The notes below the pieces were generated by a model. The model was not told the DNA's origin. It did not search any database and saw only the letters and a program-made list of their open reading frames with translations. A DNA stretch of 64,000 nucleotides from the human T2T-CHM13v2.0 reference genome, Homo sapiens, in the NCBI RefSeq assembly GCF_009914755.1, contig NC_060940.1; one strand, 5' to 3'. Made by a program: the position numbers and the translations under genes. Below, in pieces: positions 44,561 to 59,700 of the stretch (within the stretch, counting starts at the first letter, position 1; every line of letters starts with the position of its first letter).

Positions 44561-47500
44561 GATGATTGCATTCTATTTCATTTGATGATGATTCCATTCG
44601 AGTCCACTCGATGATTCCATTCGAGTCCATTTAATGAATCCATTGGTTTCAATTCTATGATGATTACATTGGATTCCATTCGTTGATGATTTCATTCGGT
44701 TCCATTCAATGATGATTCCATTCAATTCCTTTCAATGTTTCCATTCAATTCCATACGATGATGATTCCATTTGATTTGATTCGACAGTGAGCCATTCGAT
44801 TCAATTCCATGATGATTCTATTTGATTCAATTGGTTGACATTTCCATTCGATTCCATTCGATGATGATTCCCTTTGATTCCGTTCAAAGATGATTCCATT
44901 CTAGCCCATTCAATCATTCCATTCGATTCTATTCAATGATGATTCCATTCATGTCGATTTGGTGATTCCATTTGACTTCATTTGATGATGATTCCTTTCA
45001 AGTTCATTAGATGATTCCATTCGATTCCATTTGATGATGATCCCATTCGAGTCCATTCAGTGATTCCATTCGTTTCTATTCCATGATGATTCCATTCCTT
45101 TCCATTCAATGATTCCATTCGATTCCGTTTGATGATGATTTCATTCGAGTCCATTTGATGATTCCATTTGATTCCATTCGATGATGATTCCATTCGAGTC
45201 CATTCGATGATTCTATTCGAATCCATTTGATGATTTCTTTTGATTATATTTGGTGATGATTCCATTGGAGTCTATTCAATGATTCCATTCGATTCCAATC
45301 GATGATGATTCCATTAGAGTCCATTTAATGATTCCATTTGATTCCAGTCTCTGATGATTACATTCGAGTCCATACGATGATTCCACTCAATTCCATATGA
45401 TGATGATTCCATTTGATTCCATTCGGTGATTCCATTCTATTCTATTCAATGGTGATTCCATTCGAGTACATTAGATGATTCCATTCGATTCCATTCAATG
45501 ATGATTCTATTTGTGTCCCTTAGATGATTCCACATGATTCCATTAGATGATGATACTATTTGAGCCCATCCAATGATTCCGTTCGATTCCATTCGATGAG
45601 GATTCCATTCGATTCAATTCATTGGTGATTCTATTCAATTCAATTCTTTGATTCCATTCCATTCCATTCGACAATGATTCCATTCGATTTCTTTCGATGA
45701 TTCCACTCGATTCCACTTGACATTGATTCCATTCGATTCCATTCAATGATTCCATTTGATTCCAGTGGATGATGATTGCCATCGATTCCATTCGATCACT
45801 CCATTCTATTCCATTTGATGATGATTACATTCGATTCCATTTGATGATTCCATCTGATTCTATTCGAGGATTCCATTTGATTCCATTCGATGATGATTCC
45901 ATTCGAGTCCATTCGATGATTTCATTCGAGTACATCCAATGATTCCATTCGAGTCCATTAGATGATTCCATTTGATTCCATTTGAAAATGATTCTACTAG
46001 AGTCCATTCAATGACTCCATTCGAGTCCATTCAACAATTCCATTCGACTCCATTCGATGATTCCATTCGATTCCATTTGATGGTTCCATTCGAGTCCATT
46101 TAATCATTACAGTCGAGTCCATTTGGTGATTCCACTGGATTTCTTTTGATAATGATACCATTCAATTACATTTGATGATGATCCCATTCAATTTCATTTG
46201 ATGATGATTCCATTAGAGTCCATTCGATGATTTCATTCGAGTCCCTTCATTGATTCCATCCGATTTCATTGGATGATGACTCCATTCGAGTCCATTCGAT
46301 GATTCCACTCGATTCCATTAGATGACTCCATTGGAGTCCATTTGATTGTTCCATTCGATTCCATTCGATTCCTTTCGAAGATTATTCCATTTGAGTCCAT
46401 TCGATGATGATTCCATTCCATTCCATTCGATGATTCCGTTTGATTCCATTCGATGATTCCCTTCGATTCCTTTCTTTGATGATTCCATTCCATTCCATTC
46501 AATGATTCCATTCGAATCTATTCCATGATGATTCCTTTCGATTCCATTCGCTGATGTTTCCGTTCAATTCCAGTCGATGATGATTCCATTCGATTCCATT
46601 CATTGAGGATTCCATTTGATTCCATTCAATGATGATTCCATTCTATTCCATTCAATGATTGCATTCAATTCCATACAATGATTATCCCATTAGAGTAAAC
46701 TCAACGATTCCATTCAATATCATTCGATGATGATTCCTTTTGAGTCCATTCAATGATTTCATTCAAGTCCATTTGATGATTCCTTTCAATTCCATTCTAT
46801 GATGATTCCATTCGAGTCCATTCGATGATTCCATTCAATTGCATTTGATGATTCCATTATATTCCATTCAACGGTGATTCCATTCGAGTCCATTCCATGA
46901 TTCCATTAGAGTACATTTAATGATTGCTTTGTTTTCAATTCGAAGATGATTACATTGGATTCCATTCTATGATACCATTCGATTCCATTCAATGATGATT
47001 CCACTCAAATCCATTGGATGATTCCATTCGTGTCCATTCGGTGATTTCATTAGATTCCATTCGAGGATGATTCCATTCGATTCCATTCCATGATTCCATT
47101 CAATTCCATTCGATGATGATTCCATTCCAGTCCATATGATCATTCCATTTGATTTCATTCGATGATGATTCCATTCGATTCCATTCGATGATTCCATTCT
47201 ATTCCATTCGATGATGATTCCATTCGAGTCCATTCGATGATTCCATTCGAGTCCATTTAATGATTCCATTGGGTTCAATTCAATGATGATTACATTGGAT
47301 TCCGTTCTATGATTCCATTCAATTCCATTCATTGACAATTTGATTCCATTCGATGATGATTCCATTTGAGTTCATTCGATGATTCTATTCGATTCTCTTC
47401 GATGGTGATTCAATTCTATTATATTGGATGATTCCATTCGATTCCATTTGATGTTGATTCAATTCAATTCTATTCGATGATGATTCCATTGGATTTCACT

Positions 47501-50500
47501 TGATGATTCTATTCGATTCCATTCAATGATGATTCACTTCTCGTCCATTGGATGATTCCATTTCATTCCATTCGATGATGATTCCATTCGATTCCATTCG
47601 ATGATTCCATTTGATTCCATGCGACGGTGAGCAATTCGATTCAATTCCATGATGATTCTATTTGATTCAATTAGATGATGTTTCCATTCGAATCCATTCC
47701 ATGATTATTCCATTGGAATCCATTCGGCGATGATTCCATATGAGTCAATTCAATGATGATTCCATATGGGTCCGTTCGATGATAATTCCATTTGATTTCA
47801 TTCGATGCTTCTATTCTATTCCAGTCGATGATGATTCCATTGGAGTCCATACGATGATTCCATTTGATTTCATTTGATGATGATTCCATTCGATGATGAT
47901 TACATTGGATTCCATTCTATGATTCCATTCAATTCCATTCGTTGATGATTCGATTCCATTAAATGATGATTCCATTTGAGTTCATTCGATGATTCTATTC
48001 GATTCCGTTCGATGGTGACTCAATTCTATTATACTGGATGATTCCAGTCGATTCCATTTGATGATTATTCCATTGGAGTCCATTTAGTGAATCCTTTAGA
48101 TTCTACTCGACGATGATTCCATTCGAGTCCATTCGATGATACCATTCAATTCCATTCGTTGATGCTTCCATTCAAGTGCATTCGATGATATCATTCGATT
48201 CCATTTGATGATAATTCCATTTGATTCCATGCGATGATTCTATTCGATTCCATTCAATGATAATTCCATTCAATTCAGTGATTCCTCTGGACTCCATTTG
48301 ATGATGATTCCATTCAATGATTCCATTCGATTCTATTCGAAAATGATTCCATTTGAATCCATTTGATGATGATTCCATTAGATTCCATTTGATGATTCCA
48401 TTCGATTCCATTCGACGATGATTCCATTCGATTCCGTTTGATGATTCCATTCTATTCTATTCGATGATAATTCCATTCGATTCCATTCGATGATGATTGG
48501 ATTCGATTCCATTTGATGATTTCATTTGATTCCATTCGTTAATGATTTCGATCAATTCCATTCGATGATTCCATTCGATTCCATTCGATAATGATTACAT
48601 CCGAGTCCATTCGATGATTCCATTTGAGCCTGTTCGATAATTCCATTTGAGTCCAACCAATGATTCCATTCATTTCCATTCAATGATTCCATTCGAGTCC
48701 ATTTGATCATTCCGGTAGGGTCCATTCCATGTTGATTCCATTGGAGTGCATTCGATGATTCCATTCGAGTCCATTTTAGGATTTGATTCGAGTCCTTTCG
48801 ATGATTCCATTCGATTCCACTCGATGATGATTTCATTCGAGTCCATTCGACACTTCCAATCGATTCCATTTGATGATTCCATTCGAGTCCAATTGATGAT
48901 TCCATTCAATTCCATTCGATGATGATTCCGTACGATACCATTCTGTGATGATTCCATGTGATTGCATTCAATGATGATTCCTTTCGATTGCATTCGATTA
49001 TGATTCATTTCGTGTTCATTCTATGGTTCCACAGGTTTCCATTCGTGTCCATTCCATTATTCCATTCTATTCCATTTGATGATGATTCCATTCGATTCCA
49101 TTCATTGGTGATTCCACTCAATTCCATTCAATGATTCCATTCCATTTCTTTCAACAATGATTCCATTAGTTTCTAATCGATGATCCACTTGATTCCATTT
49201 GACGACGATTCCATTCTTGTCCATTCGATGATTCCATTTGATTCCATATGATGATGATTCCATTCGATTCCATACCATGATGATTCCATTCGAGTCCATT
49301 CAATGGTGATTCCATTCAATTCCATTCGATGATTCCTTTCGATTCCATTCGATGATGATGGCATTCGATTCCTTTCAATCATTCCCTTTGATTCCATTCA
49401 AAGGTGATTTCATTCAAGTCCATTCGATAATTGCATTCGATTCCATTCTATGATGATTCCATTCGAGTCCATTTGATGATTCCATTCAATTCAAGTCAAT
49501 GATGATTCCATTCGATTCCATTCGATGATTTCATTGGATTCCATTCGATGATGATTCCATTCAAATCCTTTCGATAATTCAATTCAAGTCCATTCGATGA
49601 TGATTCCAATCGAATCCATTCAAAGATTCCATTCAGTTCCATTCGATGATTCCCTTAGATTCCATTCGATGATTCCACTTGATTGCATTTACGATGATTC
49701 CATTCGATTCCATGTGATGATTCCATTCAATTCTATTCAATGATGTCTCCATTTGATTCCATTCGACCATGATTGCCTTTGATTCCATTCAATGATTCCA
49801 TTCGGTTCCGTTTGATGATGATTCCGTTCGATTCCATTTGATGATTCCATTTCATTCCATTGGATGGGTCCATTCGATTACATTCGATGATTATTCCATT
49901 CGAGTGCATTAGATGATTCCATTCGAGTCCATTCGATGATTCCATTCGATTCCATTCGATGTTGATTCTGTTCAAATCCATTCGATGATTCCACTCGATT
50001 CCATTCGTTGACTCCATTTGATCCCATTCGATGATTTCCTTTGATTCCCTTTGATGATCATTCCATTTGATTCAATTCGGTGATTTCATTTGATTCCATT
50101 CAGTGATGTTTCCATTCGACTCCATTCGATGATGATTCCATTCGACTCCATTCGATTATGATTTCATTCAATTCCATTCGATAATGATTCCCTGCGAGTC
50201 TATTCGATGATTCCATTCGATTCCATTCAACGATGATTTGATTCGTGTCCATTCGATGATTCCATTTGATTCCACTTGATGATGATTCCATTCGAGCCCA
50301 TTTGATGATTCCATTCAATTCCATACTCCGATGATTTCTTTTGAGCCCACTCAATGCTTCCACTCGATTCCATATGATGATGACTCCATTCGATGAAATT
50401 CGATGATGATTCCATTCGCTTGCTTTCGATGATGATTCCACTTGAGTCCGTTAGAAGATTCTATTCAATTACATTCCATGACGATTCCGTTCGAGTCCAT

Positions 50501-50672
50501 TTGATGATTCCATTAGACTCCATTCGACGATGATTCCATTCGATGTTATTCGATGATTCCATTCGATCTCATTCGATGATGATTCCATTCAACTCCATTC
50601 GATGTTTCCATTCGAGTTCATTCTATTATTCCATTAGATTCCATTCGATGATGATTCCATTCGATTCCATTT
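44561..50672 (+). repeat. HOR unit 8 (6,112 bp), apparently identical to unit 7
   Basis: Marker at 44561; ORF translations identical to unit 7. Confidence 0.97.
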
Positions 50673-53600
50673 GATGATTGCATTCTATTTCATTTGATGA
50701 TGATTCCATTCGAGTCCACTCGATGATTCCATTCGAGTCCATTTAATGAATCCATTGGTTTCAATTCTATGATGATTACATTGGATTCCATTCGTTGATG
50801 ATTTCATTCGGTTCCATTCAATGATGATTCCATTCAATTCCTTTCAATGTTTCCATTCAATTCCATACGATGATGATTCCATTTGATTTGATTCGACAGT
50901 GAGCCATTCGATTCAATTCCATGATGATTCTATTTGATTCAATTGGTTGACATTTCCATTCGATTCCATTCGATGATGATTCCCTTTGATTCCGTTCAAA
51001 GATGATTCCATTCTAGCCCATTCAATCATTCCATTCGATTCTATTCAATGATGATTCCATTCATGTCGATTTGGTGATTCCATTTGACTTCATTTGATGA
51101 TGATTCCTTTCAAGTTCATTAGATGATTCCATTCGATTCCATTTGATGATGATCCCATTCGAGTCCATTCAGTGATTCCATTCGTTTCTATTCCATGATG
51201 ATTCCATTCCTTTCCATTCAATGATTCCATTCGATTCCGTTTGATGATGATTTCATTCGAGTCCATTTGATGATTCCATTTGATTCCATTCGATGATGAT
51301 TCCATTCGAGTCCATTCGATGATTCTATTCGAATCCATTTGATGATTTCTTTTGATTATATTTGGTGATGATTCCATTGGAGTCTATTCAATGATTCCAT
51401 TCGATTCCAATCGATGATGATTCCATTAGAGTCCATTTAATGATTCCATTTGATTCCAGTCTCTGATGATTACATTCGAGTCCATACGATGATTCCACTC
51501 AATTCCATATGATGATGATTCCATTTGATTCCATTCGGTGATTCCATTCTATTCTATTCAATGGTGATTCCATTCGAGTACATTAGATGATTCCATTCGA
51601 TTCCATTCAATGATGATTCTATTTGTGTCCCTTAGATGATTCCACATGATTCCATTAGATGATGATACTATTTGAGCCCATCCAATGATTCCGTTCGATT
51701 CCATTCGATGAGGATTCCATTCGATTCAATTCATTGGTGATTCTATTCAATTCAATTCTTTGATTCCATTCCATTCCATTCGACAATGATTCCATTCGAT
51801 TTCTTTCGATGATTCCACTCGATTCCACTTGACATTGATTCCATTCGATTCCATTCAATGATTCCATTTGATTCCAGTGGATGATGATTGCCATCGATTC
51901 CATTCGATCACTCCATTCTATTCCATTTGATGATGATTACATTCGATTCCATTTGATGATTCCATCTGATTCTATTCGAGGATTCCATTTGATTCCATTC
52001 GATGATGATTCCATTCGAGTCCATTCGATGATTTCATTCGAGTACATCCAATGATTCCATTCGAGTCCATTAGATGATTCCATTTGATTCCATTTGAAAA
52101 TGATTCTACTAGAGTCCATTCAATGACTCCATTCGAGTCCATTCAACAATTCCATTCGACTCCATTCGATGATTCCATTCGATTCCATTTGATGGTTCCA
52201 TTCGAGTCCATTTAATCATTACAGTCGAGTCCATTTGGTGATTCCACTGGATTTCTTTTGATAATGATACCATTCAATTACATTTGATGATGATCCCATT
52301 CAATTTCATTTGATGATGATTCCATTAGAGTCCATTCGATGATTTCATTCGAGTCCCTTCATTGATTCCATCCGATTTCATTGGATGATGACTCCATTCG
52401 AGTCCATTCGATGATTCCACTCGATTCCATTAGATGACTCCATTGGAGTCCATTTGATTGTTCCATTCGATTCCATTCGATTCCTTTCGAAGATTATTCC
52501 ATTTGAGTCCATTCGATGATGATTCCATTCCATTCCATTCGATGATTCCGTTTGATTCCATTCGATGATTCCCTTCGATTCCTTTCTTTGATGATTCCAT
52601 TCCATTCCATTCAATGATTCCATTCGAATCTATTCCATGATGATTCCTTTCGATTCCATTCGCTGATGTTTCCGTTCAATTCCAGTCGATGATGATTCCA
52701 CTCGATTCCATTCATTGAGGATTCCATTTGATTCCATTCAATGATGATTCCATTCTATTCCATTCAATGATTGCATTCAATTCCATACAATGATTATCCC
52801 ATTAGAGTAAACTCAACGATTCCATTCAATATCATTCGATGATGATTCCTTTTGAGTCCATTCAATGATTTCATTCAAGTCCATTTGATGATTCCTTTCA
52901 ATTCCATTCTATGATGATTCCATTCGAGTCCATTCGATGATTCCATTCAATTGCATTTGATGATTCCATTATATTCCATTCAACGGTGATTCCATTCGAG
53001 TCCATTCCATGATTCCATTAGAGTACATTTAATGATTGCTTTGTTTTCAATTCGAAGATGATTACATTGGATTCCATTCTATGATACCATTCGATTCCAT
53101 TCAATGATGATTCCACTCAAATCCATTGGATGATTCCATTCGTGTCCATTCGGTGATTTCATTAGATTCCATTCGAGGATGATTCCATTCGATTCCATTC
53201 GATGATTCCATTCAATTCCATTCGATGATGATTCCATTCCAGTCCATATGATCATTCCATTTGATTTCATTCGATGATGATTCCATTCGATTCCATTCGA
53301 TGATTCCATTCTATTCCATTCGATGATGATTCCATTCGAGTCCATTCGATGATTCCATTCGAGTCCATTTAATGATTCCATTGGGTTCAATTCAATGATG
53401 ATTACATTGGATTCCGTTCTATGATTCCATTCAATTCCATTCATTGACAATTTGATTCCATTCGATGATGATTCCATTTGAGTTCATTCGATGATTCTAT
53501 TCGATTCTCTTCGATGGTGATTCAATTCTATTATATTGGATGATTCCATTCGATTCCATTTGATGTTGATTCAATTCAATTCTATTCGATGATGATTCCA

Positions 53601-56600
53601 TTGGATTTCACTTGATGATTCTATTCGATTCCATTCAATGATGATTCACTTCTCGTCCATTGGATGATTCCATTTCATTCCATTCGATGATGATTCCATT
53701 CGATTCCATTCGATGATTCCATTTGATTCCATGCGACGGTGAGCAATTCGATTCAATTCCATGATGATTCTATTTGATTCAATTAGATGATGTTTCCATT
53801 CGAATCCATTCCATGATTATTCCATTGGAATCCATTCGGCGATGATTCCATATGAGTCAATTCAATGATGATTCCATATGGGTCCGTTCGATGATAATTC
53901 CATTTGATTTCATTCGATGCTTCTATTCTATTCCAGTCGATGATGATTCCATTGGAGTCCATACGATGATTCCATTTGATTTCATTTGATGATGATTCCA
54001 TTCGATGATGATTACATTGGATTCCATTCTATGATTCCATTCAATTCCATTCGTTGATGATTCGATTCCATTAAATGATGATTCCATTTGAGTTCATTCG
54101 ATGATTCTATTCGATTCCGTTCGATGGTGACTCAATTCTATTATACTGGATGATTCCAGTCGATTCCATTTGATGATTATTCCATTGGAGTCCATTTAGT
54201 GAATCCTTTAGATTCTACTCGACGATGATTCCATTCGAGTCCATTCGAAGATACCATTCAATTCCATTCGTTGATGCTTCCATTCAAGTGCATTCGATGA
54301 TATCATTCGATTCCATTTGATGATAATTCCATTTGATTCCATGCGATGATTCTATTCGATTCCATTCAATGATAATTCCATTCAATTCAGTGATTCCTCT
54401 GGACTCCATTTGATGATGATTCCATTCAATGATTCCATTCGATTCTATTCGAAAATGATTCCATTTGAATCCATTTGATGATGATTCCATTAGATTCCAT
54501 TTGATGATTCCATTCGATTCCATTCGACGATGATTCCATTCGATTCCGTTTGATGATTCCATTCTATTCTATTCGATGATAATTCCATTCGATTCCATTC
54601 GATGATGATTGGATTCGATTCCATTTGATGATTTCATTTGATTCCATTCGTTAATGATTTCGATCAATTCCATTCGATGATTCCATTCGATTCCATTCGA
54701 TAATGATTACATCCGAGTCCATTCGATGATTCCATTTGAGCCTGTTCGATAATTCCATTTGAGTCCAACCAATGATTCCATTCATTTCCATTCAATGATT
54801 CCATTCGAGTCCATTTGATCATTCCGGTAGGGTCCATTCCATGTTGATTCCATTGGAGTGCATTCGATGATTCCATTCGAGTCCATTTTAGGATTTGATT
54901 CGAGTCCTTTCGATGATTCCATTCGATTCCACTCGATGATGATTTCATTCGAGTCCATTCGACACTTCCAATCGATTCCATTTGATGATTCCATTCGAGT
55001 CCAATTGATGATTCCATTCAATTCCATTCGATGATGATTCCGTACGATACCATTCTGTGATGATTCCATGTGATTGCATTCAATGATGATTCCTTTCGAT
55101 TGCATTCGATTATGATTCATTTCGTGTTCATTCTATGGTTCCACAGGTTTCCATTCGTGTCCATTCCATTATTCCATTCTATTCCATTTGATGATGATTC
55201 CATTCGATTCCATTCATTGGTGATTCCACTCAATTCCATTCAATGATTCCATTCCATTTCTTTCAACAATGATTCCATTAGTTTCTAATCGATGATCCAC
55301 TTGATTCCATTTGACGACGATTCCATTCTTGTCCATTCGATGATTCCATTTGATTCCATATGATGATGATTCCATTCGATTCCATACCATGATGATTCCA
55401 TTCGAGTCCATTCAATGGTGATTCCATTCAATTCCATTCGATGATTCCTTTCGATTCCATTCGATGATGATGGCATTCGATTCCTTTCAATCATTCCCTT
55501 TGATTCCATTCAAAGGTGATTTCATTCAAGTCCATTCGATAATTGCATTCGATTCCATTCTATGATGATTCCATTCGAGTCCATTTGATGATTCCATTCA
55601 ATTCAAGTCAATGATGATTCCATTCGATTCCATTCGATGATTCCATTGGATTCCATTCGATGATGATTCCATTCAAATCCTTTCGATAATTCAATTCAAG
55701 TCCATTCGATGATGATTCCAATCGAATCCATTCAAAGATTCCATTCAGTTCCATTCGATGATTCCCTTAGATTCCATTCGATGATTCCACTTGATTGCAT
55801 TTACGATGATTCCATTCGATTCCATGTGATGATTCCATTCAATTCTATTCAATGATGTCTCCATTTGATTCCATTCGACCATGATTGCCTTTGATTCCAT
55901 TCAATGATTCCATTCGGTTCCGTTTGATGATGATTCCGTTCGATTCCATTTGATGATTCCATTTCATTCCATTGGATGGGTCCATTCGATTACATTCGAT
56001 GATTATTCCATTCGAGTGCATTAGATGATTCCATTCGAGTCCATTCGATGATTCCATTCGATTCCATTCGATGTTGATTCTGTTCAAATCCATTCGATGA
56101 TTCCACTCGATTCCATTCGTTGACTCCATTTGATCCCATTCGATGATTTCCTTTGATTCCCTTTGATGATCATTCCATTTGATTCAATTCGGTGATTTCA
56201 TTTGATTCCATTCAGTGATGTTTCCATTCGACTCCATTCGATGATGATTCCATTCGACTCCATTCGATTATGATTTCATTCAATTCCATTCGATAATGAT
56301 TCCCTGCGAGTCTATTCGATGATTCCATTCGATTCCATTCAACGATGATTTGATTCGTGTCCATTCGATGATTCCATTTGATTCCACTTGATGATGATTC
56401 CATTCGAGCCCATTTGATGATTCCATTCAATTCCATACTCCGATGATTTCTTTTGAGCCCACTCAATGCTTCCACTCGATTCCATATGATGATGACTCCA
56501 TTCAATGAAATTCGATGATGATTCCATTCGCTTGCTTTCGATGATGATTCCACTTGAGTCCGTTAGAAGATTCTATTCAATTACATTCCATGACGATTCC

Positions 56601-56784
56601 GTTCGAGTCCATTTGATGATTCCATTAGACTCCATTCGACGATGATTCCATTCGATGTTATTCGATTATTCCATTCGATCTCATTCGATGATGATTCCAT
56701 TCAACTCCATTCGATGTTTCCATTCGAGTTCATTCTATTATTCCATTAGATTCCATTCGATGATGATTCCATTCGATTCCATTT
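50673..56784 (+). repeat. HOR unit 9 (6,112 bp), unit 7/8 haplotype with a few differences
   Basis: Marker at 50673; shares the unit 7/8 variants but differs at a few sites (NHR vs NHG in the 132-aa ORF, ISLNG vs ISSNG). Confidence 0.97.
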
Positions 56785-59700
56785 GATGATTGCATTCTAT
56801 TTCATTTGATGATGATTCCATTCGAGTCCACTCGATGATTCCATTCGAGTCCATTTAATGAATCCATTGGTTTCAATTCTATGATGATTACATTGGATTC
56901 CATTCGTTGATGATTTCATTCGGTTCCATTCAATGATGATTCCATTCAATTCCTTTCAATGTTTCCATTCAATTCCATACGATGATGATTCCATTTGATT
57001 TGATTCGACAGTGAGCCATTCGATTCAATTCCATGATGATTCTATTTGATTCAATTGGTTGACATTTCTATTCGATTCCATTCGATGATGATTCCCTTTG
57101 ATTCCGTTCAAAGATGATTCCATTCTAGCCCATTCAATCATTCCATTCGATTCTATTCAATGATGATTCCATTCATGTCGATTTGGTGATTCCATTTGAC
57201 TTCATTTGATGATGATTCCTTTCAAGTTCATTAGATGATTCCATTCGATTCCATTTGATGATGATCCCATTCGAGTCCATTCAGTGATTCCATTCATTTC
57301 CATTCCATGATGATTCCATTCCTTTCCATTCAATGATTCCATTCGATTCCGTTTGATGATGATTTCATTCGAGTCCATTTGATGATTCCATTTGATTCCA
57401 TTCGATGATGATTCCATTCGAGTCCATTCGATGATTCTATTCGAATCCATTTGATGATTTCTTTTGATTATATTTGGTGATGATTCCATTGGAGTCCATT
57501 CAATGATTCCATTCTATTCCAATCGATGATGATTCCATTAGAGTCCATTTAATGATTCCATTTGATTCCAGTCTCTGATGATTACATTCGAGTCCATACG
57601 ATGATTCCACTCAATTCCATATGATGATGATTCCATTTGATTCCATTCGGTGATTCCATTCTATTCTATTCAATGGTGATTCCATTCGAGTACATTAGAT
57701 GATTCCATTCGATTCCATTCAATGATGATTCTATTTGTGTCCCTTAGATGATTCCACATGATTCCATTAGATGATGATACTATTTGAGCCCATCCAATGA
57801 TTCCCTTCGATTCCATTCGATGAGGATTCCATTCGATTCAATTCATTGGTGATTCTATTCAATTCAATTCTTTGATTCCATTCCATTCCATTCGACAATG
57901 ATTCCATTCGATTTCTTTCGATGATTCCACTCGATTCCACTTGACATTGATTCCATTCGATTCCATTCAATGATTCCATTTGATTCCAGTGGATGATGAT
58001 TGCCATCGATTCCATTCGATCACTCCATTCTATTCCATTTGATGATGATTACATTCGATTCCATTTGATGATTCCATCTGATTCTATTCGAGGATTCCAT
58101 TTGATTCCATTCGATGATGATTCCATTCGAGTCCATTCGATGATTTCATTCGAGTACATCCAATGATTCCATTCGAGTCCATTAGATGATTCCATTTGAT
58201 TCCATTTGAAAATGATTCTACTAGAGTCCATTCAATGACTCCATTCGAGTCCATTCAACAATTCCATTCGACTCCATTCGATGATTCCATTCGATTCCAT
58301 TTGATGGTTCCATTCGAGTCCATTTAATCATTACAGTCGAGTCCATTTGGTGATTCCACTGGATTTCTTTTGATAATGATACCATTCAATTACATTTGAT
58401 GATGATCCCATTCAATTTCATTTGATGATGATTCCATTAGAGTCCATTCGATGATTTCATTCGAGTCCCTTCATTGATTCCATCCGATTTCATTGGATGA
58501 TGACTCCATTCGAGTCCATTCGATGATTCCACTCGATTCCATTAGATGACTCCATTGGAGTCCATTTGATTGTTCCATTCGATTCCATTCGATTCCTTTC
58601 GAAGATTATTCCATTTGAGTCCATTCGATGATGATTCCATTCCATTCCATTCGATGATTCCGTTTGATTCCATTCGATGATTCCCTTCGATTCCTTTCTT
58701 TGATGATTCCATTCCATTCCATTCAATGATTCCATTCGAATCTATTCCATGATGATTCCTTTCGATTCCATTCGCTGATGTTTCCGTTCAATTCCATTCG
58801 ATGATGATTCCATTCGATTCCATTCATTGAGGATTCCATTTGATTCCATTCAATGATGATTCCATTCTATTCCATTCAATGATTGCATTCAATTCCATTC
58901 AATGATTATCCCATTAGAGTAAACTCAACGATTCCATTCAATACCATTCGATGATGATTCCTTTTGAGTCCATTCAATGATTTCATTCAAGTCCATTTGA
59001 TGATTCCTTTCAATTCCATTCTATGATGATTCCATTCGAGTCCATTCGATGATTCCATTCGATTGCATTCGATGATTCCATTATATTCCATTCAATGATG
59101 ATTCCATTCGAGTCCATTCGATGTTTCCACTAGAGTACATTTATTGATTGCTTTGTTTTCAATTCGAAGATGATTACATTGGATTCCATTCTATGATACC
59201 ATTCGATTCCATTCAATGATGATTCCACTCAAATCCATTGGATGATTCCATTCGTGTCCATTCGGTGATTTCATTAGATTCCATTCGAGGATGATTCCAT
59301 TCGATTCCATTCGATGATTCCATTCAATTCCATTCGATGATGATTCCATTCCAGTCCATATGATCATTCCATTTGATTTCATTCGATGATGATTCCATTC
59401 GATTCCATTCGACGATTCCATTCTATTCCATTCGATGATGATTCCATTCGAGTCCATTCGATCAATCCATTCGAGTCCATTTAATGATTCCATTGGGTTC
59501 AATTCAATGATGATTACATTGGATTCCGTTCTATGATTCCATTCAATTCCGTTCATTGACAATTTGATTCCATTCGATGATGATTCCATTTGAGTTCATT
59601 CGATGATTCTATTCGATTCTCTTCGATGGTGATTCAATTCTATTATATTGGATGATTCCATTCGATTCCATTTGATGTTGATTCAATTCGATTCTATTCG

